This document shows, piece by piece, positions 31,138-41,774 of a stretch of DNA of 64,000 bases. Location of the stretch: contig JAHLWS010000071.1 in assembly GCA_019057795.1 (NCBI GenBank), forward strand, positions 32,001 through 96,000, written 5' to 3'. Numbering within the stretch: the first letter of the stretch is position 1; the number at the start of each line of letters is the position of its first letter. This stretch comes from Promethearchaeota archaeon (GTDB lineage Archaea > Asgardarchaeota > Lokiarchaeia > Sigyniarchaeales > SOKP01). The position numbers and the translations under genes are program-made. The notes under the pieces are model-generated. The model made no database searches and was not told the DNA's origin. It saw only the letters and a program-made list of their open reading frames with translations.

Positions 31138-31734
31138 ATGACATTTATTGAACCTTCTTTTGAAATCGACGAGAAAGGTAGAGTTATTTGTCAATCCCAT
31201 TCAAATTATCCTCAATTTCTTAAACCTGAGAAGACACCATTTGAAGACTTGCAGATGGAAACCCAATTAACCTGTAAAACGTGTTCACATTATAAAAACG
31301 ACGATTGTTATTTTCCTAAGGCTGACATAGATAAAATTGATTTGGATAGAATAAATAGAACTCTTTTTGAATGCAATCTTTGTGGTAATAAAATCGATCG
31401 CATGTTAACGATCATGCAAAAAATTTATTTAGAGGAAAAATTTCAAATGAAAATGCCTCTTATTTGCTGTAGTTGTTACGAAAGTTTAAAAGAAAAGAAA
31501 TTCGATGAATATTTTAACAAAAGATTTTGGGAAGCTTTAATTTTTTATGCGCCAGTTTTATTTTCACTCGCTAATCCCTATCCAACCAATTTAATATTAG
31601 CGATTGGTTCTTTTTTCATTGTTATCATTTTAAAGATTATTATTAAGCAATATTTTCATTATAGTCTCTTTTTGATAGACTTATTAAAAGGAAAGAAATT
31701 CTACAATAAATATTTCCGAGATAAAGACGGATAA
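31138..31734 (+). CDS. Cys-rich hypothetical membrane protein
   Basis: Several CxxC/CxxH motifs and two C-terminal TM segments. Confidence 0.7.
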   Translation: MTFIEPSFEIDEKGRVICQSHSNYPQFLKPEKTPFEDLQMETQLTCKTCSHYKNDDCYFPKADIDKIDLDRINRTLFECNLCGNKIDRMLTIMQKIYLEEKFQMKMPLICCSCYESLKEKKFDEYFNKRFWEALIFYAPVLFSLANPYPTNLILAIGSFFIVIILKIIIKQYFHYSLFLIDLLKGKKFYNKYFRDKDG

Positions 31735-31760
31735 AATGGATTTTTTTCCAATTTTTCGTT

Positions 31761-32870
31761 TTATGCTAAGTTTCCAGCCCAACCTCGGACTTTTTTTCTG
31801 AATTTTTCTTGTTTTAAAATAATTAAATCGAGCTCCTTTTTAGTTTTATTAGATAAATTCTCAATTTCGGGTACTAATTTGTATTTAATAAAATAATTTT
31901 TAACTTCTTTTGATATTAATTTACTTGGTATTTTTTCAGGGTCATTTTTAAAGCGACTATAAAGTTTTTCCCAAGAATCGAGAAAGTTTTCAATGTTATT
32001 TTTAGATTCGAAAATTGCTAAAGTTCCTAAATTGTTTGGAGTAGTAATCGCAATGTTTGATCTACCTACAGTAAATCGATTGCCATTAAAGGAAACCGCA
32101 ATTCCTCCTTCGTTTTTTAACCTTTGGAGCATATTGATATCAGTAATCGAATCACCAAGCGCAACCATTTCAGATATTGGAACATGTGTAATAGTAGAGA
32201 TCCTTTCAACTGCCATTTCTTTTCTTTTACCACCCCTTACTTCAACAAGGTTCATTGCTTTAACATAATCAGATTCTTTATTATTCCAGAAAAAGTTATT
32301 TAAATCATCTATAACTAAATCCAAATTTTTACCGTTATCTATGTAGTTTTGGAATATAACGTTAACTAAGTTTTTTACATCTCCTTCAATATTGTAAATC
32401 GTTTGATTTGCTTCTTTAATATTTAAATCTGTGCAAAAGACGTGATCAAGTGGAATATTCAAATTTTTTGCTACAATATGCGCAAAATGACGATAACTCG
32501 TAGAAATGACGAATATATCCCAACTTTTATGTAACACTGTCATCAATTCTTTACAGCCGGGTAATAAACCAAGATTATTATTAGCCAATTCAATTAATTC
32601 TTCATCAGAAAAACAATACATATATAATGGAGCCACTAATCTCAACGTATCCCCTGGTTGATAATCTGGAATGTTTAACCTCTTTTTTACGCCAGGAACA
32701 TCGATAAGGTAATCGTCATAATTAGAAATCATCTCAAAAAATTCGCCCATATTAAATTTTTGTAAATCGAGCTTGGTTTTTTTACTTAATAAGCGACCTA
32801 ATTCAGCAGCAAAATCCAGAACAGTTATAGGTCCTTCTAAATCCCAACAGCAAACATTTTTTAGAGTCAA
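31761..32870 (-). CDS. HAD-superfamily hydrolase (EhaR-like)
   Basis: DLEGP motif I, ISTSY, GGKRK, GDSITD, SFNGN. Confidence 0.78.
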   Translation of the reverse strand: MTLKNVCCWDLEGPITVLDFAAELGRLLSKKTKLDLQKFNMGEFFEMISNYDDYLIDVPGVKKRLNIPDYQPGDTLRLVAPLYMYCFSDEELIELANNNLGLLPGCKELMTVLHKSWDIFVISTSYRHFAHIVAKNLNIPLDHVFCTDLNIKEANQTIYNIEGDVKNLVNVIFQNYIDNGKNLDLVIDDLNNFFWNNKESDYVKAMNLVEVRGGKRKEMAVERISTITHVPISEMVALGDSITDINMLQRLKNEGGIAVSFNGNRFTVGRSNIAITTPNNLGTLAIFESKNNIENFLDSWEKLYSRFKNDPEKIPSKLISKEVKNYFIKYKLVPEIENLSNKTKKELDLIILKQEKFRKKVRGWAGNLA

Positions 32871-32992
32871 AATTAAATTACCTATCTTAATGCGATATAA
32901 TTCATATATGAGAAATTAGATAAATTGAATAACAAGAAATTAAAATAACTTCTTATTAAGTACTTATTATTTTTTTATAGAAATAGAGTTAG

Positions 32993-33484
32993 CTACATTT
33001 TAACTTTAAAAATATCTTGAATTGACCTTTCTCTACGAGCTTTTTCAACGATTCTACGCCAATCTGGTTCGATCGCATCAAACGCATTTTCAGTAAGTTG
33101 TCGTAATTTGCCGTCAGACGATTTAAGAAAATGGCCTACATATTCTAAAGCTCTTTTATCTTTTATTTTAGCAAAACTTTCGATGATAAAAATCACTTTT
33201 AACTTATCTAATTCTATTTCTGGTTTTTCAATTTCCTCTTTTAGTTTCTCTATTATTCTTAGCGTTGCTCGTCCATCTGCTATTTGTCCTAAGGCTTCTA
33301 TAATTCTATTAATAACCATCGGTTCATTTTCGATATTTAAGGAACGGCATAATAGATTGACGGCTCTTCCATCTTTTAAAAAACCAAGTTGTCTTGCCGC
33401 TTCAGCTCTTTTCTCGGCTTCTTTCTCGTGAAATAATTGTTTGATTAAGTTGTTATAATTAGCGTTTCTAGCATTCCAATCCAT
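32993..33484 (-). CDS. HEAT-repeat protein
   Basis: RAEAARQLG and IEALGQI repeats. Confidence 0.8.
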   Translation of the reverse strand: MDWNARNANYNNLIKQLFHEKEAEKRAEAARQLGFLKDGRAVNLLCRSLNIENEPMVINRIIEALGQIADGRATLRIIEKLKEEIEKPEIELDKLKVIFIIESFAKIKDKRALEYVGHFLKSSDGKLRQLTENAFDAIEPDWRRIVEKARRERSIQDIFKVKM

Positions 33485-33751
33485 AATCCAACTTAAAATA
33501 AGAGCTACAAATATTAGAATGTAATCTTTATAAAATATAATTAAACGGAATGTACTCGTTTAGGTCGTTCTATTCACTGATTTTGTTCCACGAACTTTTC
33601 CAAGAGTTGTAATTGTCAATGGCGAGCTTCTCAAACTCCTCGTAGCTAATTTCTGGCTGCAATAATTTTTTAAATTCAATAATTTAAAACTTAATTTTGA
33701 TGCGAACATATAAATATAATCGTATAAATTTATTTCACATAAGAAATTCAA

Positions 33752-34186
33752 ATGAAGGTGAATTTTTTGACTCGTATAGAAAGAAAAATAGAAATAAAAA
33801 CATCCCCTAAGAAAATTTATGATATTTTAAATAATGATGAGCTTGAAACCGTATGGAATATTGTGGTAAGTGAAAGTACTACAATTGCTACTGATAAATA
33901 TTCAATAAAATCTACTGTTGGTGATTTCATTTCAACTATTACGGAGAGATTAGAAAACGAAAAAATATCTTATTCTATGGAGGGCAGCGCTTTTAGCACA
34001 ATGGGCTATATTATGTCGCCTAAAGGTGATGGATCCGAAGTAACGATCTGGGCGGAAATTGAAGATGAGAAGCAAGAAAAAATGCTTGTGAAAGCTGCAG
34101 AAATACTTTTAGAAGGTTTGAAAAAATTCGTAGTTTTTATGGAAGAAGGAGGCAACCCCGACGAATTTGATAAAAAAAAAAAATAA
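33752..34186 (+). CDS. SRPBCC/START-like protein
   Basis: IEIKTSPKKIYDIL at the N-terminus; terminal helix LEGLKKFV. Confidence 0.72.
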   Translation: MKVNFLTRIERKIEIKTSPKKIYDILNNDELETVWNIVVSESTTIATDKYSIKSTVGDFISTITERLENEKISYSMEGSAFSTMGYIMSPKGDGSEVTIWAEIEDEKQEKMLVKAAEILLEGLKKFVVFMEEGGNPDEFDKKKK

Positions 34187-34419
34187 TTGTAAATCCTTAA
34201 TTTTAATTTTTTTTTCTTGAATTTATGTGATCTATTCTTTTTTGCAGTAATTTCTCCGAGTAAGCAAATTTCGGGAATAAAATTATTACCAACATAATCC
34301 TCAACGGTAAGTTGGCCGTAAATATCATCTCGAAGATAAAACATATAAATTCATTATGCATATATTTATTGTATATTGAAATTCAAAATTAAATTGTTTA
34401 AGAGAGGTTTAAGAGTTTA

Positions 34420-35022
34420 ATGAGTTCGCAAATTAGTTGTCCAAATTGTGGTAAGGTAAATAATATTAAAAATATATATTGCATTGAATGTGGATTTCAA
34501 TTTGAAGGAAATAATTCTGTTGAGTTTCAAATTTTTGAAAATTTAAAAGTAGATCTCTATAGCAGCATAATATGCATCATAATTTTTGTCGCTTTTATGA
34601 TCTTAGTAACTGTTGGAATTATATCTCAATATGGCCTATATGGATATATTTCAATTTTAGTAATTTGGCCACTAACAATAGGTTTAATAGTTTGGGCAAA
34701 ACGCTATTTTAAAGGGCTTTCAAAGTTTAGGAAGTTTACAATTACTAATGATTTTATTGAAATAATTGTTCCTCTTAAGCCTGCCTTTCAAATTAAATGG
34801 TCTGAATTTGATTCTATTGAAATCACAAGACGAGACTCAATGGACTCTAGATTTGTATACTTTAACTTGATTTTTAAAGGAAAAAATGTAGAACATAGCT
34901 ATGAATTTGAGTCAGGAAAAGATTTTAAAATGAAATCGAGGAAAAAAATACTAATTGCTTTAGAACAATATTCTAAAGAAAGAGGAAAGGATTTTACAGG
35001 ATGGAGACGGAAGGACAAGTAA
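34420..35022 (+). CDS. Zinc-ribbon, 2-TM membrane protein with a possible PH-like domain
   Basis: CPNCG...CIECG, two TM helices, IKWSEFDSI motif. Confidence 0.7.
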   Translation: MSSQISCPNCGKVNNIKNIYCIECGFQFEGNNSVEFQIFENLKVDLYSSIICIIIFVAFMILVTVGIISQYGLYGYISILVIWPLTIGLIVWAKRYFKGLSKFRKFTITNDFIEIIVPLKPAFQIKWSEFDSIEITRRDSMDSRFVYFNLIFKGKNVEHSYEFESGKDFKMKSRKKILIALEQYSKERGKDFTGWRRKDK

Positions 35023-35063
35023 AAAAGGCATTAAAAGCTTAATTTATAAATCATAAATAAATT

Positions 35064-35183
35064 TTAGAAATCAAGATAATCGGTAATAATTAGAACTGTG
35101 GATTCTACCAATTTAAAAGCATTTTCTGCCGTATCCCGATTGAAAATCTCTGTAGGAATCCCTTCAGGTAATCCATTAGGATA
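35064..35183 (-). pseudogene. C-terminal remnant of a HEPN-domain gene
   Basis: Translates YPNGLPEGIPTEIFNRDTAENAFKLVESTVLIITDYLDF*, matching the (R)YPNxLP..P...A HEPN C-terminus; no start codon. Confidence 0.65.
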
Positions 35184-35219
35184 TTATTATTTCTATATAT
35201 TTTTATATTCATTGATAAC

Positions 35220-35285
35220 GTGAAAGAATTCGTAATAAATAAGTTTATAAAATTGAAGCTTGAAGGCGATAAGACTAAGTCTTAA
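35220..35285 (+). pseudogene. N-terminal remnant of a Loki-type LRR-associated protein
   Basis: GTG start, then KEFVINKFIKLKLEGDKT followed by an early stop. Confidence 0.5.
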
Positions 35286-35476
35286 GATTGTTTGTTTTGA
35301 ATATATTTAACCCTAAATATCGCAAGTGCAATGCCATGAATGCCCCCGATTATACCCACTACAATTAATAATTGGTTATCATATAAATTTAATAGATAAC
35401 TAATTATGATTATTAATGAACATACGATAACTGCACTCATAATTATTAGCCATTGTATCAATTTATTCCTTTCCAT
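35282..35476 (-). CDS. Small 2-TM membrane protein
   Basis: 64 aa ORF with two hydrophobic helices. Confidence 0.6.
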   Translation of the reverse strand: MERNKLIQWLIIMSAVIVCSLIIIISYLLNLYDNQLLIVVGIIGGIHGIALAIFRVKYIQNKQS

Positions 35477-35559
35477 TTTAATACTATCTTACTATTTTAA
35501 TTTTTTTAATGATTGCACAATTGTTTCGTAGACTCCGAATATATGTGCATATAATGATA

Positions 35560-36879
35560 TTATTTTAGTAGAGAATTCATGTGATCTATTCTTTTTTGCA
35601 ATAACTTTAAGGTTCCAACATCTTTTCTATAAAATAATTTTCCACTTATACATCCAATTCCTTGTTCAGCAATCTTTTCTGCGCTTTCTAAATCGTTCGC
35701 AATCCCAACAACTCCTATAGCTCTTGAAGACGTAGTATAGACTTCATTACCTTTACGGTAAACAGAAGCGTAATAATATCTCGCGCCAATCTGTTTCAAC
35801 TTATTTTTATCGATTTTTACCAATTCGTCTTTCTTAGGAGCGCCGGGATATCCTTCGGGAGCTAAATATTTACATACGGTAGCCTTATTCTCAAATTCAA
35901 TATTGGATTTTAAGTTGCCATTTATTATTCCCATACAAACATCAATAAAATCGTTTTTTAATATAGGCAGTACGTTCATTGCTTCAGGATCTCCTAACCT
36001 AGAATTAAATTCAATTAATTTAATACCTTCTACAGTTTTCATGTACCCTCCGTACAAAAATCCTTTATATTCAACACCCGTTTCCGCCTTAACTGCAGCC
36101 ACAACTTTCTTTATATCTTCGAGAGCTTCATCGACATCATTTTGAGTGATAAATGGCATTAGATGGTTCTCCATAGAGTAACTTCCCATACCTCCCGTAT
36201 TTGGGCCAGTATCATCTTCGTAAGCTCTCTTATGATCTTGAACTAAGGGAGTACCAACGACATTTTTACCGTCAACAAATGTCTGAAGCGTGAATTCTTC
36301 TCCTTCGATTTTTTCTTCAATTATAAATAGCGATTTTTGTTTAACTAATGTTTGACAATAATCTAAAATATCATGTTTCGAAAAAAGATGGTCACCATAA
36401 ACTTTTACACCTTTTCCTCCAGTTAGACCATCTGGCTTAACTACGATGTTTTCTACGCCTAAATCTTTAATATAATTTTCTACATTTTCCATGGAGTCAA
36501 ATTTTTTACTCTTTATATTTGAACTGATTTTATACTTTTCCAAAAGTCTTCTAGTAAAGATTTTGGAGCCTTCTAGTTGAGCAGCCTCTATTCTGGGTCC
36601 AATACAGGGAATTCCATTTCTTTCTATAGCATCAACGATTCCGACAACCAAAGGTGCCTCTGGACCAACAACAACAAAATCAATACTATTTAATTTACAA
36701 TAATCAATAATTTCTTTGAAATCCATTTCAGAATGAACTTTAATTCTGCCTTGGCTTAAATCCTCTAAGCCTGCGTTTTTAGAACTCATAAAAGCATATA
36801 AATTAGCTCCACTACGAATTAAAGCTTCTCCTATTACGTGTTCTCTCGCACCGTGACCAATAATTAATACTTTGACCAT
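35560..36879 (-). CDS. purD: Phosphoribosylamine--glycine ligase
   Basis: GxGAREH, VGPEAPL, LEGSK, GKGV, QDHKR, GPNTGGMG, EFNSRLGDPE. Confidence 0.97.
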   Translation of the reverse strand: MVKVLIIGHGAREHVIGEALIRSGANLYAFMSSKNAGLEDLSQGRIKVHSEMDFKEIIDYCKLNSIDFVVVGPEAPLVVGIVDAIERNGIPCIGPRIEAAQLEGSKIFTRRLLEKYKISSNIKSKKFDSMENVENYIKDLGVENIVVKPDGLTGGKGVKVYGDHLFSKHDILDYCQTLVKQKSLFIIEEKIEGEEFTLQTFVDGKNVVGTPLVQDHKRAYEDDTGPNTGGMGSYSMENHLMPFITQNDVDEALEDIKKVVAAVKAETGVEYKGFLYGGYMKTVEGIKLIEFNSRLGDPEAMNVLPILKNDFIDVCMGIINGNLKSNIEFENKATVCKYLAPEGYPGAPKKDELVKIDKNKLKQIGARYYYASVYRKGNEVYTTSSRAIGVVGIANDLESAEKIAEQGIGCISGKLFYRKDVGTLKLLQKRIDHMNSLLK

Positions 36880-36911
36880 TATTTACCAACAAAAATGAAT
36901 AGAATTTCTAT

Positions 36912-36927
36912 TACGTATTAATACGTA
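36912..36927. promoter_or_regulatory. Perfect 16-bp palindrome upstream of purD
   Basis: tacgtattaatacgta; also reads as tacgtattaa x2. Confidence 0.45.
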
Positions 36928-37137
36928 TTAAAGATAATATATAATTTAATTTGTTTTAATATTAATTTTAAAATAATTATTAATCAATGATTATTTTTCA
37001 CTTTCATAGAGTTTATAGGATGGTTCTAAATGATGATTTTCTAAAGTTTATCAAATTAGAGAGATATCAATAACTTTAATATAGAACTTTAGTTAAATAA
37101 AAATTAATAGTTAAAAAAGAACCGTAAAAATACGACC

Positions 37138-39774
37138 ATGAAACCAAAAGGGATTCTAACCTTAACTGGAAAAAATCTAAGATGTTTAGCTATGCCTTTA
37201 GGAGGCATCGGGACGGGATCTATTGCTATTGGTGGAGATGGACTTTTAAAGCAATGGCAAATTAATAATAATATAAATCATCGCTCATTTGTACCAAATT
37301 GTTTTTTTGCTATAAGAACACGCGAATTAAATAATTCAGATGGAAAGATAATTACACGCGCATTGATTAGTTCCAAACCTCACGAAGAACCTAATTTTAT
37401 CCCGGCTAAATCCATTGGGGATCACATAATAAGTAAAGAAATGAAAAAATTATTTAATGCGCTACCTGAAGTTGAGAACATTCAATTTGATGGCGAATAT
37501 CCCATTTCATTTTTGCAATTCAAGGATGCTTTACTCCCAATTGAGATTAATTTGAAAGCCTTTAATCCGTTTATACCTTTAGATCCAAAAAACTCTGGAT
37601 TACCAGTGATAATTTTTCAATTTCAAGTTAAGAACATTACTAAAGAGAATATTGAAGTAATTCTTTTGGGAAATTTATTAAATTTTATTGGATGGGATGG
37701 ACTAAAAACATTAAGGGGCGATTCTAACCCTCTATTTGGGGGTAATTTGAACCTTCACAAACGTGTGGGTAATTGGAATGCTATTCATATGAAATCAAAA
37801 TTACTTCTTAAAACCGATAAACGATACGGTGACTTAACACTAGCTATTGATCAACCTGATGCTATGGTATCAACTCAATGGGAAGATTTTGAAGATTTCT
37901 GGTCTCAATTTTCGAAAGAAGGCGTTTTGATGGAACCAAGTGAGGATGATATAAGTAAAATCGGAAAGACATATACAGGAAGCCTTGCAGCGAAAAAAGT
38001 CTTAAAACCCGATGAAGAAGCAGTAATCACGTTTTATTTGGCTTGGAACTTTCCAAATCGCTTTATGGATTGGCGTTTGAATAGGGCTTTATTTCCCGAT
38101 ACAAAAACAGAATACTGGATTGGAAATCGTTATAATGAGTGGTTTAACAATTCAATAAAAGTTATTGAATATGTGAGAGACAATTGGTCGTTTTTATTAG
38201 ACAACACATTTAGGTTTCACGAAGATTTTTTTTATAGTACACTTCCTTCTGAAGTATTGACTTCAATTTCTGCAACATTTTCGACAATTAGGACTCCAAC
38301 TTGTTTATGGATAAGAGATGGATCATTTTACGGATTTGAGGGATGCAACGGAGTTTCTACGGGAGAAAGATCAGGAGGAAGTTGCCCTCTAAATTGTACA
38401 CATGTTTGGAATTACGAATTTAGCCTAGCACATCTATTTCCTACCCTCGAAAGAACAATGCGAGTGACAGAATTTAAGACACAGCATAAATCAGGTTATA
38501 TACCTCATCGTGCTGTTATTCCATTGTACTTACCACAATTTGAAATGATTCCTGATCCTGGAGATGTCTCTCCTGCTATAGACGGAATGTTTGGAATGAT
38601 TTTAAAGATCTATCGAGATTTTCTAATCAGTGGCGATTTAAAATTCCTAGAGGAATCTTGGCCTAATATTCAAAACCTAATGGAGTACATACTAAAAGAT
38701 TACGACAATGATTTAGATGGCGTAATTTCTTGTGCTCAACCTAATACATACGATTGTTCTCTTTATGGCGTTAATACTTTTATAGGGTCGCTTTATTTAG
38801 TAGCACTTCTTGCTTGTGAACAAATCGCTACAAAATTAAATCTACCAGATTGGGCTAAGAAATGTAAGGGTATATTTGATTCTGGTCGTAAAATTCTTGA
38901 TAAAGAATGTTGGAATGGAGAATATTACATCCAAAAATACGACGAAATTAAAATAAAAGAATATCAATATGGAATTGGCTGTTTTTCTGACCAATTAGTT
39001 GGCCAATGGTGGGCATTTCACTTAGGTTTTGGATATATCTTGCCAGTTGAACATGTTGATAAGGCAATAGAATCTATAGTGAAATACAATTTTAAAGAAT
39101 CTCTTGAAGGAATAACCCAAACTCCAAGAATATTCGCGTCACCTACGGACCCTGGATTATTAATTTGCACCTGGCCTCATGGAAATAAACCTACGGTTCC
39201 AACATATTACACTGATGAAGTATGGACGGGAATTGAATATGAAATTGCTGCACTATGTATTTATACAAACCGTATCGATGACGGTTTAACGATTATTAAT
39301 TCGATTAGGAAAAGATACGATGGTTCACATAGAAATCCTTGGAACGAAGTAGAATGTGGCGATCACTATGTTAGGCCAATGTCATCGTGGACTTTGCTTC
39401 ACGCGTTAACGGGAATTTCTTACTCAGTTGAACTTAAACAGTTCTTACTCGCACCGAGAATAAACCCAACTAATTTTCAATCGTTTTTTATTACTAATAC
39501 TGCTTGGGGTAAAGTGAATCAAGAACTAAGTGAAGGAAGATTAAATTTTTCTATATGTGTTTCTTATGGAAACCTCGATCTTAAATCAATTCTCTTGAAA
39601 TCTATAGAAAAACTCAATTTTGATAAAATCAAATATTGCAAAATATTAAGCCCTAAAAAGGAGGATAATATAATAAACGCAAAATTAATTCGCAATAATT
39701 CAGGTATAGAAATTTCTCTTTCAGAAACAATTTCTATTAAAGAAAATCAAAAACTTCTAATTGAATTAATTTAA
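37138..39774 (+). CDS. GH116 glycoside hydrolase (non-lysosomal glucosylceramidase-like)
   Basis: MPLGGIGTG, GFEG, CTHVWNY, QPNTYD, SDQLVGQW, EVWTGIEY, ECGDHYVRPMSSW. Confidence 0.9.
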   Translation: MKPKGILTLTGKNLRCLAMPLGGIGTGSIAIGGDGLLKQWQINNNINHRSFVPNCFFAIRTRELNNSDGKIITRALISSKPHEEPNFIPAKSIGDHIISKEMKKLFNALPEVENIQFDGEYPISFLQFKDALLPIEINLKAFNPFIPLDPKNSGLPVIIFQFQVKNITKENIEVILLGNLLNFIGWDGLKTLRGDSNPLFGGNLNLHKRVGNWNAIHMKSKLLLKTDKRYGDLTLAIDQPDAMVSTQWEDFEDFWSQFSKEGVLMEPSEDDISKIGKTYTGSLAAKKVLKPDEEAVITFYLAWNFPNRFMDWRLNRALFPDTKTEYWIGNRYNEWFNNSIKVIEYVRDNWSFLLDNTFRFHEDFFYSTLPSEVLTSISATFSTIRTPTCLWIRDGSFYGFEGCNGVSTGERSGGSCPLNCTHVWNYEFSLAHLFPTLERTMRVTEFKTQHKSGYIPHRAVIPLYLPQFEMIPDPGDVSPAIDGMFGMILKIYRDFLISGDLKFLEESWPNIQNLMEYILKDYDNDLDGVISCAQPNTYDCSLYGVNTFIGSLYLVALLACEQIATKLNLPDWAKKCKGIFDSGRKILDKECWNGEYYIQKYDEIKIKEYQYGIGCFSDQLVGQWWAFHLGFGYILPVEHVDKAIESIVKYNFKESLEGITQTPRIFASPTDPGLLICTWPHGNKPTVPTYYTDEVWTGIEYEIAALCIYTNRIDDGLTIINSIRKRYDGSHRNPWNEVECGDHYVRPMSSWTLLHALTGISYSVELKQFLLAPRINPTNFQSFFITNTAWGKVNQELSEGRLNFSICVSYGNLDLKSILLKSIEKLNFDKIKYCKILSPKKEDNIINAKLIRNNSGIEISLSETISIKENQKLLIELI

Positions 39775-39857
39775 ACTAGATATACTGCTCACGAATGCTA
39801 AGATGTCCATAAATATAAAGATTTCTTAAGAATAAATGCCCATATTTGATTATATCA

Positions 39858-40433
39858 TTAAACTTTTTGACCACAACTTGCACAAAATTTTGCTTCCTCG
39901 TGCAATTCTATTCCACAATTCGAGCAATGCTTAGCTAATTTAGTTTCTTGAATTTCATTTAATTTTTCTGCTACATTCGATCCACAGTGAGGGCAAAATT
40001 TTGCATCGTCAATTATTTCTGTATGACAATAAGGACAATTTACTTTGGAAACCGGTTTATCAACGATTGGTTTGGATAGTAAAGATATAGTTTTTTTAGG
40101 CGCTTGAGTCGTTCCAGCTTGAACTATAAATGGGAATGTAATGTTGTGACCCCTCTTAGTCGTAAGTGTAGCAGTTAAATCATAAACTCCATTTTCTTTA
40201 ACTAATATTGTAAATAGACGATTTTTACTATGATGCTTTGCAATTCCACCATACCATTCTGATTTAACTAATAACCTAACCTGGGATGGCACGGACAACC
40301 TTACTCTTACTTGAGGCATATAATTTTCAGTAAGATTTTGAACAGTGAGATAGAATTCTTTACGTCTACCTAAACTTACATTAAGTGCGTCGACGTTACC
40401 TTTTAAACTAATGGTAAAATCTGATTCTGACAT
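39858..40433 (-). CDS. Ig-like beta domain plus double zinc-ribbon protein
   Basis: Beta-rich N-terminus; two CxxC...AKFCxxCG units. Confidence 0.75.
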   Translation of the reverse strand: MSESDFTISLKGNVDALNVSLGRRKEFYLTVQNLTENYMPQVRVRLSVPSQVRLLVKSEWYGGIAKHHSKNRLFTILVKENGVYDLTATLTTKRGHNITFPFIVQAGTTQAPKKTISLLSKPIVDKPVSKVNCPYCHTEIIDDAKFCPHCGSNVAEKLNEIQETKLAKHCSNCGIELHEEAKFCASCGQKV

Positions 40434-40620
40434 TTTTATAATCCTTTTCTTTTAATTTTGTTTAGATAATTTGAATATTTATTTGTTTATGTTATTTTAA
40501 ATCATTTTTAAAAATTAATGTTTCTTCTTATAGGAATTAAATAAATATTATTATATATAAAATTCATAGTCCAATTTTTTATATGTAAAAAAAAATTAAA
40601 AAAGATTAAAGTTAAACTAT

Positions 40621-41772
40621 TTATTTTTTATATACTCCGTAAGTCTTGCAGGTATCTATCATTGCTTTAACATTTTCGAGTTTTGCGTCGTCTGGAATCT
40701 CGGCTCCAACAAATAACCCTCCTCCTTCGGCACATTTGTCAATAATTTCTTTTGTTTGCTTTTCGATCATAGCAGGCGTTCCCAAGGTAAATAGGGAAGG
40801 TTTGAGATTTCCTTGAATGCATATATGGTCTCCAAGGATTTCCTTGGCTTTGAATATATCTGTTCTTTCGTCCATATGTAAATATAATTTGCCCTTTGGT
40901 AATTCTTTAAGGTAATGTAATCGATCTGTCCAATCCGTATCCAAATGCATTTGAACTATATATCCATTGTTCACATATTTCGAAACCATTTTCTTAAAAT
41001 AAGGCCAATAAAGTTCTTCAAAATGTTTTATTGAAATGAAATCAGAGCTAGCCCTTGCTCCACCAACTATAAGAGTTTTTCCACCACTCATCGAAGCTCC
41101 GTATTCCCCCATTAATATTAAGTTATCAATCAGAAAATCGCTTGCTTCTATTATTTTATCAGGATATCGATATATATCTTTCATAAAATTAGTAGAACCT
41201 CGAAATACAGAGAATAGTTCGAAGGGAATAGCACCACCTCCATCACTAAATGTAGGAACCTGAAAATAATTCCACCACCTTTCTGTATTTTCAGCAACTT
41301 TCGCTCCAATTTTACCTAGTTTTGCCATATCTTTTATTCCGGCTCTTTTAAAATTAGCGAGCCATAAGAAACCTTCATCAATTATTTTATCGTAATCTGA
41401 TGCTTTCATGAAAGGATCATCAAGACTTTGTTCAACAAGTTGAGGAAACTCTTTTTGCCCTAACATCCGTCCAGGTAATCTCCAGTCAAGGTAAAACATA
41501 GAAAAAATATCAGGAAATGGGTTTACATGCATCATATACATTCCACCACCAGCCATAGCTATGTCATATCCCCCTAACTTGTGGTAAATCCATTCGTAAG
41601 CTTCCTGTGATTTGTCTGGATCCTCAATCATCTCTTGGGCTGTAACATCGTAATAGGAAACAGGTAGGTAATCTATTAACGGCCAGACGGGAACCCTATC
41701 GGGCTCTTTTAAAGCCATTGCTGTTAACACTCTTTCAACCGAAGTCATAGGTTCTTCTTTAATAGGCTCCAT
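40621..41772 (-). CDS. URO-D-family (MtaA/CmuA-like) methylcobamide methyltransferase
   Basis: ERVLTAM..EPDRVPV, FEELYWPY, HLDTDW, CIQGN, LENVKAM. Confidence 0.85.
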   Translation of the reverse strand: MEPIKEEPMTSVERVLTAMALKEPDRVPVWPLIDYLPVSYYDVTAQEMIEDPDKSQEAYEWIYHKLGGYDIAMAGGGMYMMHVNPFPDIFSMFYLDWRLPGRMLGQKEFPQLVEQSLDDPFMKASDYDKIIDEGFLWLANFKRAGIKDMAKLGKIGAKVAENTERWWNYFQVPTFSDGGGAIPFELFSVFRGSTNFMKDIYRYPDKIIEASDFLIDNLILMGEYGASMSGGKTLIVGGARASSDFISIKHFEELYWPYFKKMVSKYVNNGYIVQMHLDTDWTDRLHYLKELPKGKLYLHMDERTDIFKAKEILGDHICIQGNLKPSLFTLGTPAMIEKQTKEIIDKCAEGGGLFVGAEIPDDAKLENVKAMIDTCKTYGVYKK

Positions 41773-41774
41773 TT

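Noticed and set aside
34006-34344. 112-aa minus-strand ORF
   Set aside because: Half overlaps the SRPBCC gene and its T-rich terminator region; at most a remnant
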